A DNA stretch of 64,000 nucleotides from Camelus ferus (Eukaryota). A program made the position numbers and the translations under genes. Below the pieces are notes generated by a model. The model was not told the DNA's origin. It saw nothing but the letters and a program-made list of their open reading frames with translations, and did not search any database. Each line of letters opens with the position of its first letter. Within the stretch, counting starts at the first letter, position 1. This document shows positions 52,627 to 64,000 of this stretch, piece after piece. Location: contig NC_045697.1 in NCBI RefSeq assembly GCF_009834535.1, positions 33,978,001-34,042,000 on the forward strand, in the 5' to 3' direction.

Positions 52627-54041
52627 TACAAGTATATTTCTTTGTCACTCTTATTTCTAAAATAGTCTTAGTTAGTCCTACAAATTATGGCTTTTAACCA
52701 AAAAGATGAAATTGTATTTCACAAATAAAAGTAAGGAGTGGAAAATTGACAGCTGTCTTTAGTACAGAAGTATTTCAGCAGACTAGCATAGCTTATGAAC
52801 ACATATAACACAGCTTTTTACAAACATACACATCCTTTTAACATCTTTTAAAGTGGCAAAAAAAAAAACACATTCATTAACATCCCCGAAGCTATAGCCA
52901 CAAAAAAAATAGGACACAAAGGTGTATAAATTGAAAATGATGCTTAGTAATCAATGTTTAAGTATTTACTTAGAAATTATCTAGGTAACCAATGATTATC
53001 CATTAATTAGCTCTAATTAAAATCAGTCCAAGCTTTTAAGCTAGATATCATCTAGTTTAAATTATCTTCAAGATGAAATATTACAACACATAATTACTGT
53101 TGAAGTAGTTTGTCAGAATAATAATTCAATTTATTTGAAAAAAATTACATTTTTTATAATCTTAAATATTATGTAGTATTAATGTTAGCATATTTGATCA
53201 GTAAACCTGTATAAATTTAGAGGAAGCAAACCAAAGTAGAGTAAAATGTATGCTTGTATTATTCTTAATATTGATAAATCAGAAAAGACATGGCTGTTTA
53301 TTAAGCCAAAATTATTCAACTAGGTCCATTTGCAAAAGATTTATCTTAATTAAGTGAACTTGGATTCTTAAAATGTTTCTAAGTTAGTTTTTATAAGAAA
53401 ATATTTTAAGTCTAGAACAATTAAAATATTGGAAGTACAGTTTTCCTTATTTTGGGGGGAATTTAGAAGTATTTGATTTTTATTTGCACTTATTTATGTA
53501 AATAAAACAACTAGAACAGAGCACCATAATATTAAGATTATAATCTAATTTATTAATACTCTCATGAAATGAGAGATAAAGACCTTTCTGAATTATAGAT
53601 ACAAAATGTTTATAAATTCTGATGTACATTTTTGTCTCACATTGAGAGTAAATATAGAAACACAAAAATTCATGGTCCAGATATCAAACAGTTGCTTTCC
53701 GTTCCAGCGGGCACAAGATTTTTAATTGACCTGAGCTTAAAATGACAAATAGATAAAACAAACAAAAAAAAAGACTAACAAACCAGTCTCTGTTGTCTCT
53801 CATCCAACAGAGTATAGAATTCTAACTCTATTGCCCATTAACCTATTTACAGAAATCATTAAGTGGTCAGACCATGAAACCAAATCCTCAGTCACTGCTG
53901 TGACCAGTGGGTAGTAACTTACTTGTCGTGGGCAAACCAAAAATAAAAACAAAACAAAAAATCAGTGGATGAGGAAAAAAGAGTCAGCAAAGTTATATTC
54001 TTGGGTGTCACCTTAAAATGAATCAACAATTACGTATTTCA

Positions 54042-55495
54042 CCCCTGGGAACTGAGAAAAGACGTGCCTGAACTTAAGTAGCCTGTAAGGTACACTTCTC
54101 GGGCAACATATTTTTCTGGCCTCTGTTAGGGAAATCTATTGGTCGTCTTGATAGAATTACCTCCAAAACTGTTAAAGGGCCATTATTTTTAAAAGATTAA
54201 ATCATGTAGAACTATAAAATAGACATATGTCAAAATTTTCAATATCTCATTAATTAAGAGAGGACTAATGAGATGTTATAACCAGTTCAAAGGAGAATCC
54301 AAGGAGTAGATACACTGAAAAGACATAGCACAATGAAACTAACTCACAAATAGATGCAAACTGTCAAAACTGGCCAGTAGCCACAGGGTAGTATCAATTA
54401 CCATTGCAATTCTACAGGTAAGAATCGTTTGCATTACTATCATTTTCCCACGGTGCACAGAATTGCAAAATGGCTCTTAGACAATGTAAGGTGAGATAAT
54501 CCTGACTGCTAGACAAGACATCTAGTAATCTTTCCAGGTCATTTCAAAATCTTCCACAGTTTTCTCTGCAAAATGAGAGGTAAAGTCCTTTCCGACTTAC
54601 AGATACACATTCACATAGAATGACTATAAATTTAGATCAACACTTTTGCCATAGGTCAAGAGTAAATTTAGAAACACCAAACTATGATCATAATACATTT
54701 CCCTCTGCCAATATGAAAAATTTCTCTTTTGACCCCAAAACAATCCCCAACACAGAGTAATACTGTGAAGACTTGCTGAGACATATATATGCAAGGTACC
54801 TAGTGCTGTTCCTTCCACTCACATATTTCTATTTGCACTATTAAATATCACATAAAATTTTCTTTATTAATATAGAAATAAAGAAAACCTGAATGTGAAA
54901 TTTTAAGAAATGATTAAGAAAGGGTTGTTATTTATACTTTCTTCTATCAAATACCTTTCATTTACATAAGTGATATTGTAAGTTGTAAATCTTTTCACGT
55001 GTACTATTTACTGTAATATTACTGATGATTAGTAGTACAAAATTCATAAATATTAAGCCAATAAACTGCATTCAAATGTTTAAAATATGTAAAATTCAAG
55101 AATCCTTTACTATGAGGCATCATGTTATTTAAACCCAAATTATTATATATATGAAAATTCAAAATTAGGTTCTATATGATTTTTGCATGATATTTTCTTA
55201 ATAAATAATCAGAATTTAAGAATAAGATTTATTGGGTGCAACACTTTGAATTTGCTCGGTGGGATAATGGTCTCTACTAAAATGTAGTTCTAATTTACGC
55301 AGCTTCTGTATAAGAGGACTGCACCATTTGTTTATTCATTAAACAAAGTACTAAAACAGTCTTTTGTTCAGAGTAATTAATTACCAGATTTAATTGGAAC
55401 ATTCAGGTTTTCCATAAACCTGAAAATGGTCATAACGATGAAAGGTGAGATAATCCTAACCGCTAGACAATACATCTAGTAATCTTTCTCAAGGG
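54042..55495. mobile_element. Possible ancient DNA transposon (piggyBac Looper-like)
   Basis: Ends CCCCTGGGAA ... TTCTCAAGGG form an 8/10 inverted match with TTAA-like flanks. There is an internal 47-bp duplication of the subterminal sequence and a related segment at ~37280-37360. Confidence 0.4.
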
Positions 55496-57109
55496 TAATG
55501 GTTAGAGAAATCACTTTATGTTCAGTGCAATATAGGCAAAGCACTATGTATCATTTCCCTTGTTTAGTAAAATATATTTTGACTTCAGGAATCCATACAA
55601 GTGCACGTGTAAACTTTTTGAATAAAGTATATTTAAAGGGGTTTTTATTTTGTTAATTTTTTATTTGCAGGGTGGTGACAGAAAAGGAAAGATGAGAAGA
55701 AATGCACTATTATTTAATCTGAATTTCTAGTGACTAAAACTTTGTGTTAAAAAGGAAGGACTACCTAAAAAAGCGGATAATTCACAAAACTTCTGTGAAT
55801 TTTGTAATTTGCTTACATCTGCCTTAATTTAATGATGCTTCAAGCAGCTTCATGACCCTAGAAATTATCTACCTGACAGTAGCCTGTGGCTGTGTTTTTA
55901 GCAACTGCACCCAAGATGATTTTTTTATAAGAAATTGAATTGGGTGGAGGAATGGATCTTTATCCTAACTCTGTATTCCAAGCAACACTGGCGTAGTTTT
56001 TTTTTTTTAATAAAGAAATAACGCTGATCTTTTTCTCTCTTCTTTAAGGAAGTAAAGATTTCAGTGTTTCCTTAAGTTATACATTAATGCCATTAATTTG
56101 CACATCAATTCTATGCCAGACAATGGGCTAGACACTGCTAAATGATTCATTGCAAGATTATTTCTCTTGTGGTATTTACCATCTATTCAAGCAGCACACA
56201 ATATCGAGTAATCAAACAAATTTATAGTTGCAAATTGTGATGAGAAATATAACGAGGTATATATCAGTTTCAAACACGAAGATCCATCTATGTTGATAGA
56301 TTTCTTGACTGAAAGACTCATGTCAGAAGATTATGATGATTGTCCACTATTAAATGCCAATTAGGTATAGAATCAATGTGAGGGACAGAGGAGTTTTGTA
56401 TTCCTTTCCCTTTTTGTTTTTAGTAATTCTGGAATAGGGGACAGGAAGATGGCTATATCCAGTTAAAAACAACATTTAAAATAAAAATGTAAGTGGGTTA
56501 TTCAAGGACTTAACTGTTTATGTGAGGATATCAAATTGAAGTCATGGAGAGATTTAAAATAGGTTAACACATTGCCCTATTTGCTTTATCTTTCTTGAAA
56601 GAAAGAATGACAGAAATATGGACAAAGGAAGGGAAGAGAAAGGAAGGAAAGGAGGGAGGGAGGAGAGGAAGGCTGGGAAACAGAGAAGGAAGGAAAGAGA
56701 GCAGGAATAGGTAGAGAATTTTCAAAGATGACAGCAACACCATCACTATCCCATCCTATCTCTTTTCCTCTACCTGTCCCTCCCCAGATGCAGCTACTGT
56801 GCCAAAATTGCTACATGTCATTTCAATGTATATTTTTGAATTTTACTACACATACACACAAGTGTGATTTCCTAAGCCATGAAATTCTGTCACGTAAACG
56901 TTTTAAAAATGTAGCTTTGTGTAGGCATTCTTTCTAGTCTTTTGTTTTTCCACACAACACTATGTGAGGTAAGCCCATGTTAATACATGTAGATCTAGTT
57001 CATTCATTTTAACTGCTGTTAAGTAGCCCATTGTAGATACACCAGAGTATCGATTTTGCTTTGCTGGACTGTTGCATTGTTTACCTGTTTCTGCTCTTAC
57101 AAGGAGTTC

Positions 57110-57665
57110 TTTTTTTTTATTGAAGTATAGTCAGTTTACAATGTGTCAATTGCTGGTGTACAGCATAATTTTTCAGTCATTCATGAACATACATATATTC
57201 CTTTTCATATTCTTTTTCATTATAGGTTACTACAAGATACTGAATATAGTTCCCTGTGCTATACAGTAGAAACTTGTTGTTTATCTATTTTACATATAGT
57301 AGTTAGTATCTACAAATCTCTAACTCCCATTTTATCCCTTCCTACCTCCTTTTCCCCCTGGTAACCATAAGTTTGTTTTCTATGTCTGTGAGTCTGTCTC
57401 TGTTTTGTAAATAAGTTTATCTGTGTCCTTTTTTTTTTTAGATTGCACATATAAGTAATATCATATGGTATTTTTCGTTCTCTTTCTGTTACTTCATTTA
57501 GAATGACGATCTCCAGGTCCATACATGCTGCTGCGAATAGCATTATTTTATTCTTTTTATGGCTAAGTACTATTCTATTGTAATATACACAACTTCCTTA
57601 TCCAGTCTTCTGTCAATGGGCATTTAGGTTGTTTCCATGTCTTGGCTATTGTAAATAGTAATGCT
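57110..57665 (-). mobile_element. L1 3' end, antisense, adjacent to an older L1M fragment
   Basis: PolyT followed by TTATTGAAGTATAGTCAGTTTACAATG. Minus ORF 57310-57543 begins FAAACMDLEIVILNEV (ORF2 tail). Confidence 0.92.
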
Positions 57666-59343
57666 CTATCACTCTTGAATCTTAATTTCACTCCTTCAGG
57701 AATATCATTTCAAGATTACACTGATTGCCTGTCAGTAAATGTGTCAGCTCTTTGTTCTGGGAGAAACCATAATGTGGCAAAGCAACAGAGCAGCTTTGCA
57801 AATAAACCAAAAAAAAAAAAAAAGTAACTGTGCAAAAGAAGATCCATATCTTTGCTTTACCTCCTAATTCTGTCTGAGTCCTTATTTAACTATCCTGCAC
57901 TCATCAATTACCAAGTCATGGCACTCTGTCTGAGGTAAACATTTTATTTGACTCTGACTTCTACTACCATTTCTAAGTCCATTCCACTTGTTTAAGGCCT
58001 TGCTATTATTCCAATCCCTCACAATTTGTCTACTGCAGAAATTCCTGATGATCAAGATGATGAGAATAAAGATGCTCTGATCTAGAGGAGATAGCCTGAT
58101 TTTTTTCTGCTGCCTAACACTTATCTCAGATGTCACTAGGAAACGTAAACATTATAGAAATTTAATACATGCTCATACTCCATAGATATATGAAGATAGT
58201 GATTTAATTTGGAAAAATAGTCTATCTTGAACTCAGTGAGACATCTACAGTAAAACATAACTGAGATTAGCACTGGGTCCTCGACAGGGGTCTATTAATT
58301 ATCGTTGCCCTACGAGTATTTTTTGTTGTTGTTGTTCCCCTGCCCCAGGCTACTCTGATTTATGAACAGCTTTTCATATTTACAAAGCAGTTCATGAATC
58401 ACCCTGGCCCAGCAGAAATGAATAAAAATGAGCCCATTTACACAACACTTGGTATGTAGCTAATTACCTGAAAATGACTGCTTGGGATTGCGCTGAGAAG
58501 GGTGTCATCAACACTCAGCATGAAGAGTACAAAGCAGAGGGAGAAAAGAAAGCAGAATAAAAAGATAAAAATATAAAAATGTAAGAGTAGCATGCTGCTT
58601 ATTCAGTGTGGGTTTTTTAAAGCATCACCAAAGAGTACCTAATGATGTCATCCAATAGAGGAATGGTTAAGTACCATGGAATTTCTATATGATGGAATCC
58701 TGACTATCCATTAAAATTGGAGAATACCAGTGACTTAGGAAAATTCTTACCTTTAAGGTTAACCAAAAAGCATCAAATGAAATTGTTAAATACTCTGTAC
58801 TCCCAACTTTATTAAACAATATACTTAGAAGAAAGGAAATTAATATTGTAGTAATGGTATTACGGGTCATTTTTATTCTATCTATAATTTTATTCTATCT
58901 ATACTATTCAGGTGTTTTACTATGACTATGCATTAATATTATAATGTATTTACATTAGTAATTTTACACATATGTATTTATTTATTTAGAAGCATATTGC
59001 TTAAAAATACTACTACTACTATGTACCAAACATTGAACTTGTATGTGCTTATAATAAACCTCTTCTCGCCTGTTCCATGCTGTATCCACCTACATAATCC
59101 TACATAAGAGTACCACAAACTTAAGGCATCTTTTGTCCAAACTGCCACCAATCGAAAAGTGTAGGGTTGAACTCTCTCCCACCTGAGTGATTGTCATGCT
59201 TTCTTGATAATTTAAACATTTCTCTGATGTAAAATATTCATATTTCTAGAAATATGTCAAAGTTATATGACAATATCTTTTATCTTCTGAGATCTGACTA
59301 ATAAAAACAAACAACAAAAAACAAAACAACAAAAAAAGTATGA

Positions 59344-61412
59344 AAAGAGATCCAAATTGGAAAAGAAGAGGTAAAAGTGTCACTATATGCCGACGACATG
59401 TTACTATATATAGAAAATCCTAAAAGGTCCACACAAAAACTACTAGAGCTGATCGAAGAATTCAGCAAAGTAGCAGGTTACAAGATTAACATTCAAAAAT
59501 CAGTTGCATTTCTTCACACTAACAATGAGTCAACAGAAAAAGAAAGTAAACAAACAATTCCCTTTAAAATAGCACCCAAAGTAATAAAATACCTAGGAAT
59601 AAATCTAACCAAGGAGGTGAAAGAATTATACACAGAAAACTATAAACCATTGATGAAGGAAATTAAAGAAGACTTTAAAAAATGGAAAGATATCCCATGC
59701 TCTTGGATTGGAAGAATCAATATTGTTAAAATGGTCACACTGCCCAAGGCAATCTATAGATTTAATGCAATCCCTATCAAATTACCAAGGACATATTTCA
59801 TAGAACTAGAACAATTCATAATAAAATTTATATGGAACCATCAAAAACCTAGAATTGCTAAAGCATTACTAAAGAGAAAGAAAGAGGCTGGAGGAATAAC
59901 TCTCCCAGACTTCAGACAATACTATAGAGCTACAGTCATCAAGACAGCATGGTATTGGTACAAAAACAGACATATAGACCGATGGAACAGAATAGAGAGC
60001 CCAGAAATGAACCCACAAACTTTTGGTCAACTAATCTTCGACAAAGGAGGCAAGAATATGCAATGGAATAAAGACAGTCTCTTCAGCAAATGGTGCTGGG
60101 AAAACTGGACAGCAGCATGTAAAACAATGAAGCTAGAACACTCCCTTACACCATACACAAAAATCAACTCAAAATGGATTAAAGACTTAAACATAAGACA
60201 AGATACAATAAACCTCCTAGAGGAAAATATAGGCAAAACATTATCTGACATACATCTCAAAAATTTTCTCCTAGAAGAAATAAAAGCAAGAATAAACAAA
60301 TGGGACCTAATGAAACTTGCAAGCTTCTGCACAGCAAAGGAAACCATAACTAAAACAAAAAGACAACCTACGGAATGGGAGAAAATTTTTGCAAATGAAA
60401 CCGACAAAGGCTTGATCTCCAGAATATATAAGCAGCTTATACGACTCGATAAGAAGAAAATAAACAACCCAATCCAAAAATGGGCAGAAGACCTAAACAA
60501 GCAATTCTCCAAAGAAGACATACAAACGATCAATAGACACATGAAAAAATGCTCAATATCACTAATTATCAGAGAAATGCAAATCAAAACTACAATGAGG
60601 TATCACCTCACACCAGTCAGAATGGCCATCATTCAAAAATCCACAAATGACAAATGCTGGAGAGGCTGTGGAGAAAAGGGAACCCTCCTACGCTGTTGGT
60701 GGGAATGCAGTTTGGTACAGCCACTGTGGAAAACAGTATGGAGATTCCTCAAAAGACTAGGAATAGACTTACCATATGACCTAGGAATCCTGCTCCTGGG
60801 CTTATATCCAGAAGGAACCCTACTTCAGGATGGCACCTGCACTCCAGTGTTCATAGCAGCATTATTTGCAATAGCCAAGACATGGAAACAGCCTAAATGT
60901 CCATCAACAGATGACTGGATAAAGAAGATGTGATAAATTTATATGGTGGAATACTACTCAGCCATAAAAACTGACAACATAACGCCATTTGCAGCAACAT
61001 GGATGCTCCTGGAGAATGTCATTCTAAGTGAAGTAAGCCAGAAAGAGAAAGAAAAATACCATATGAGATCGCTCATATGTGGAATCTAAAAAACAAACAA
61101 ACAAACAAAGCATAAATACAGAACAGAAATAGACTCATAGACATAGAATACAGACTTGTGGTTGCCAAGGGGGTGGGGGATGGGAAGAGATAGACTGGGA
61201 TTTCAAAATTGTAGAATAGATAAACAAGATTATACTGTATAGCACAGGGAAATATATACAAGATCTTATGGTAGCTCACAGAGAAAGGAATGTGACAATG
61301 AATATATATATGTTCATGTATAACTGAAAAATTGTGCTCTACGCTGGAATTTGACACAACATTGTAAAATGATTATAAATCAATAAAAAATGTTAAAAAA
61401 AACCAAAAAACA
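59344..61412 (+). mobile_element. Young 5'-truncated L1 (~2.07 kb) with TSD
   Basis: ORF2 from the RT domain to the end, then 3'UTR, AATAAA and A tail. Perfect 21-bp TSD AAAACAACAAAAAAAGTATGA at 59323-59343 and 61413-61433. Confidence 0.98.
59377..61089 (+). pseudogene. Truncated, disabled L1 ORF2 (RT C-terminal part + CCHC domain)
   Basis: 518 open codons from SLYADDM. Premature TGA-TAA at 60931-60936, where the sister copy has TGG TAT. The native stop is in frame at 61087-61089. The CCHC His is replaced by Arg, and the endonuclease and N-terminal RT are missing. Confidence 0.95.
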
Positions 61413-61877
61413 AAAACAACAAAAAAAGTATGACAGCATGAAAGTGCAGTTGGATTTTTAACCACTGTAGCCTCAATGCTCACAGTATTGCCTGATTCCT
61501 AATGAGTCCTCTACCATTTTTATATTCATTATTCAGTGAGTAAAAGAGGTCCTGAATTACTGACAACTAAATGAACACTGAAAATATATAATAAGGTCAA
61601 CTCATAAACTGTTTGTTTTACTGCTTGTGGGAGAAATTTTACTGAACCAGTTGTTCTCTGTTTAGATTTATCTGGCCTGAGTACAATAACTGTAAAGACA
61701 ATCAACCTTAACTCCTGAATCTAGCATATCTGAATTTGAATTCTCAGTGTTACCATTTCCAATGTAAACTTGGAAACTTTTCACCTATCAGGTGTCAGTT
61801 TCCTTATCTTTGAAACTTGAATAAGAAAGGCATCAACATAATAAAGCTATTGTGAATAATATATCAAATAATGCATG

Positions 61878-62335
61878 TGTGGTAGCCAGAATAATGGCCC
61901 TCCAAAGAGGTCCATATCAGAATTCTCAGGATCTGTAAATATGTTTCCTTACAGTATCAACAGGGACTTCACAGATGTGATTAATGTAAGGATTTTGAAA
62001 TGAGATTATACTGGGGGCATACTGGGTCTCATGTAATCACAAGGGTTCTTATACAAGGAAGACAGGAGAGTCAGAGGGTGAGAATGGAAGGAGACATTGG
62101 AATGATGGAGGAAGACAGAGGAAGAGGGCATGAGCCAAGGAATGCAGGCAGTCTCTAGAAGCTGGAAAAGGCAAGGAAATAGATTCTTCCCTAGAGCCTC
62201 CACAAGGAACACAGCCCTGCTGAAATCTTGATTTTAGGACTTCAAACCTCTAGAACTATAAGAGAGTAAATCTGTGTTGTTTTAAACCACTAAATTTATG
62301 GTAACTTGCTATAAGGGCAATTGATAACTAATATA
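61878..62335 (+). mobile_element. MaLR (MLT1B/D-like) solo LTR inserted in a MIR
   Basis: TGTGGTAGCCAGAATAATGGCCC...CTAGAAGCTGGAAAAGGCAAGGAA...AACTAATATA. MIR sequence upstream (61700-61877) resumes after 62335. Confidence 0.88.
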
Positions 62336-62811
62336 GTAAGAAAGATGCTTAGGACAATAGCTGTCATATATGATTTTAACATAATACTAGCTGAGATCAC
62401 CCTGCCCCTTTAGATCTGGGTAAGAGTAGCTTAAATACACAACCCATTATTTGTGGGAGTCCAACACCTTCTGCAGGATTGCTGGGGCTTCCCAGAGGGT
62501 TTCATGATTTGGCTACCTCTGGCTTTGAAGTTCAGGTCTTGCTGAATTGATTTAATTTACAGAATACTGTTCCATGAATACTGTCAAGATATGAAATTAA
62601 GCCACTTTACAAGAGTATAAATCATTTACATAAAGCTTTAGTGTGGGGGGATTCTGGGATGGAGCTTGGTTTAGATAAATAGAGAAAAATTTATTATCAT
62701 AGCAATGCAAAATCTTAAAATTGAATATTATATAAGACTGTTTTTGAAATATTTTACTACTCCATCATTTTGCTTTCCCACATCTAAATTCTTCTTAAAT
62801 CTCACAGCAAT

Positions 62812-62825
62812 TTATACATATATAT

Positions 62826-62876
<51 letters not shown>

Positions 62877-62887
62877 ATATACACACA
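62812..62887 (+). repeat. (TA)n/(CA) microsatellite at an L1 tail position
   Basis: Read directly; abuts the 3' end of the antisense L1. Confidence 0.92.
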
Positions 62888-63745
62888 GAAGTATAGTCAG
62901 TTTACAATGTTGCGTCAATTCCTGCTGTATGGCACAATACTTCAGTCATATAGGAACATACATATATTCGTTTTCATATTCTTTTTCACCATAAATTACC
63001 ACAAGATACTGAATATATTTCCCTGTGCTATACAGTATAAACTTGTTTATCTATTTTATATATAAGTTAATATCTGCAAATCACAAACTCCCAATTTATC
63101 CCTTCCCACCCTCTTCCCCCCACGGTAACCATAAGTTTGTTTTCTGTCTATGAGTGTGTTTCTATTTTGTAAATAAGTTCATTTGTCTTTTTTTTTTAGA
63201 TTCCACATATTAAGTGATATCATATTTTTCTTTCTCTTTCTGGCTTACTTCACTTAAATGACATTCTCCAGGTCCATCCATGTTGCTGCAAATGGTATTT
63301 TTCTTTTTTATGGCTGAGTAGTATTCCATTGTATAAGTATACCACAGTTTCTTTATCCAGTCATCTGTTGATGGACATTTAGGTTGTTTCCATTACTTGG
63401 CTATTGTAAATAGTATTGCTATGAACATTGGGGTGCATTTATCTTTTTGAATTAAGGTTTCCTTGGGAATACATACCCAGGAGTGGGATTGCTGGATCAT
63501 ATGGTAAGTCTATTTTTAGTCTTTTGAGGAATCTCCATACTGTTTTCCATAATGGCTGCACTAAACTGCATTTCCACCAACAGTGTGTGAGAGTTCCGTT
63601 TACTCCACAGCCTCTCCAGCATTTATCATTTGTGGACTTTTGAACGATGGCCATTCTGACTGGTGTGAGGTGATGTTACCTCATTGTAGTTTTGATTTGC
63701 ATTTCTCTGATAATTAGCGATATTGAGCATTTTTTCAAGTGCTTT
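62888..63745 (-). mobile_element. 5'-truncated L1, antisense
   Basis: Minus ORF 63439-63654 ([17 protein letters not shown]...THCWWKC) is the ORF2 CCHC region. The 3'UTR resembles the 57110 copy. Confidence 0.94.
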
Positions 63746-64000
63746 TTGTTTCTCTATCATTCATGTCTCCTGCTCTCAGGATTTCACCTTCAAATACCAA
63801 GGTATTTCCCCAAATCTAGTAACCTACCTAAAATAAAATTTTGGTGCCAACTATGAAGATAATACATATTCTTTTCATCACTCAGAAAGGGAAAAAAAAT
63901 CTATGTGCTCATTGGTCATGACTCAGGCTAGCCCATCTGTCATCTTTCACTGGTATCTTTGGGTGATAAACCTAACATGGATTAAGGGTTCAGCCTGAAG

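Noticed and set aside
52730..54000. AT-rich stretch reminiscent of ERV internal sequence
   Set aside because: No flanking LTR pair, primer-binding site or gag/pol/env peptide visible; family cannot be assigned without Dfam.
58284..58341. CAGGGG...CCCCTG mini inverted-repeat element
   Set aside because: Only 6-bp ends and no 8-bp TSD; insufficient for a hAT MITE call.
60027..60587. 186-aa hydrophobic minus-strand ORF (also 43582-44464 and 61073-61357)
   Set aside because: Antisense shadows of L1 ORF2/3'UTR, a common artefact.
59377..60933. 518-aa reverse-transcriptase-like ORF as a functional or domesticated gene
   Set aside because: It is a 5'-truncated L1 with TSD and polyA. It lacks the endonuclease and half the RT, has no promoter or true ATG start, and carries premature stops and a mutated CCHC His. 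The open frame reflects youth.
1..64000. A novel multi-gene system, CRISPR array or prokaryotic/viral operon
   Set aside because: The sequence is repeat-rich mammalian DNA. There are no regularly spaced repeat-spacer units and no gene-dense ORFs; all long ORFs trace to transposons.

Overview
AT-rich, CpG-depleted mammalian genomic DNA. It is probably camelid (camel/alpaca), based on a tRNA-Ala-derived Vic-1-like SINE at ~27.6 kb and non-primate L1 3' ends. The window reads as intergenic or deep intronic. I found no host protein-coding exon, RNA gene or CpG-island promoter that I can support. The only recognisable protein product is LINE-1 ORF2, in 5'-truncated, disabled copies. The rest is layered transposon debris: young L1s with target-site duplications (TSDs; 37.9-38.8 kb and 59.3-61.4 kb), older L1s on both strands, L2, MIR, MaLR/ERVL/ERV1 solo LTRs, hAT and Tigger elements, a possible piggyBac relic, and microsatellites. 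Repeat family names are from memory of consensus sequences and need RepeatMasker/Dfam confirmation. I see no evidence for a new multi-gene system. The most notable items are a fold-back palindrome array in an L1 3' end (44.9-45.0 kb), a twin-primed L1, an internal L1 endonuclease fragment with its own apparent TSD, in-frame deletions in the young L1 ORF2, an ATG-less frame resembling a TFIIIA-type zinc finger (32.3 kb), and several CpG-retaining candidate regulatory islands.
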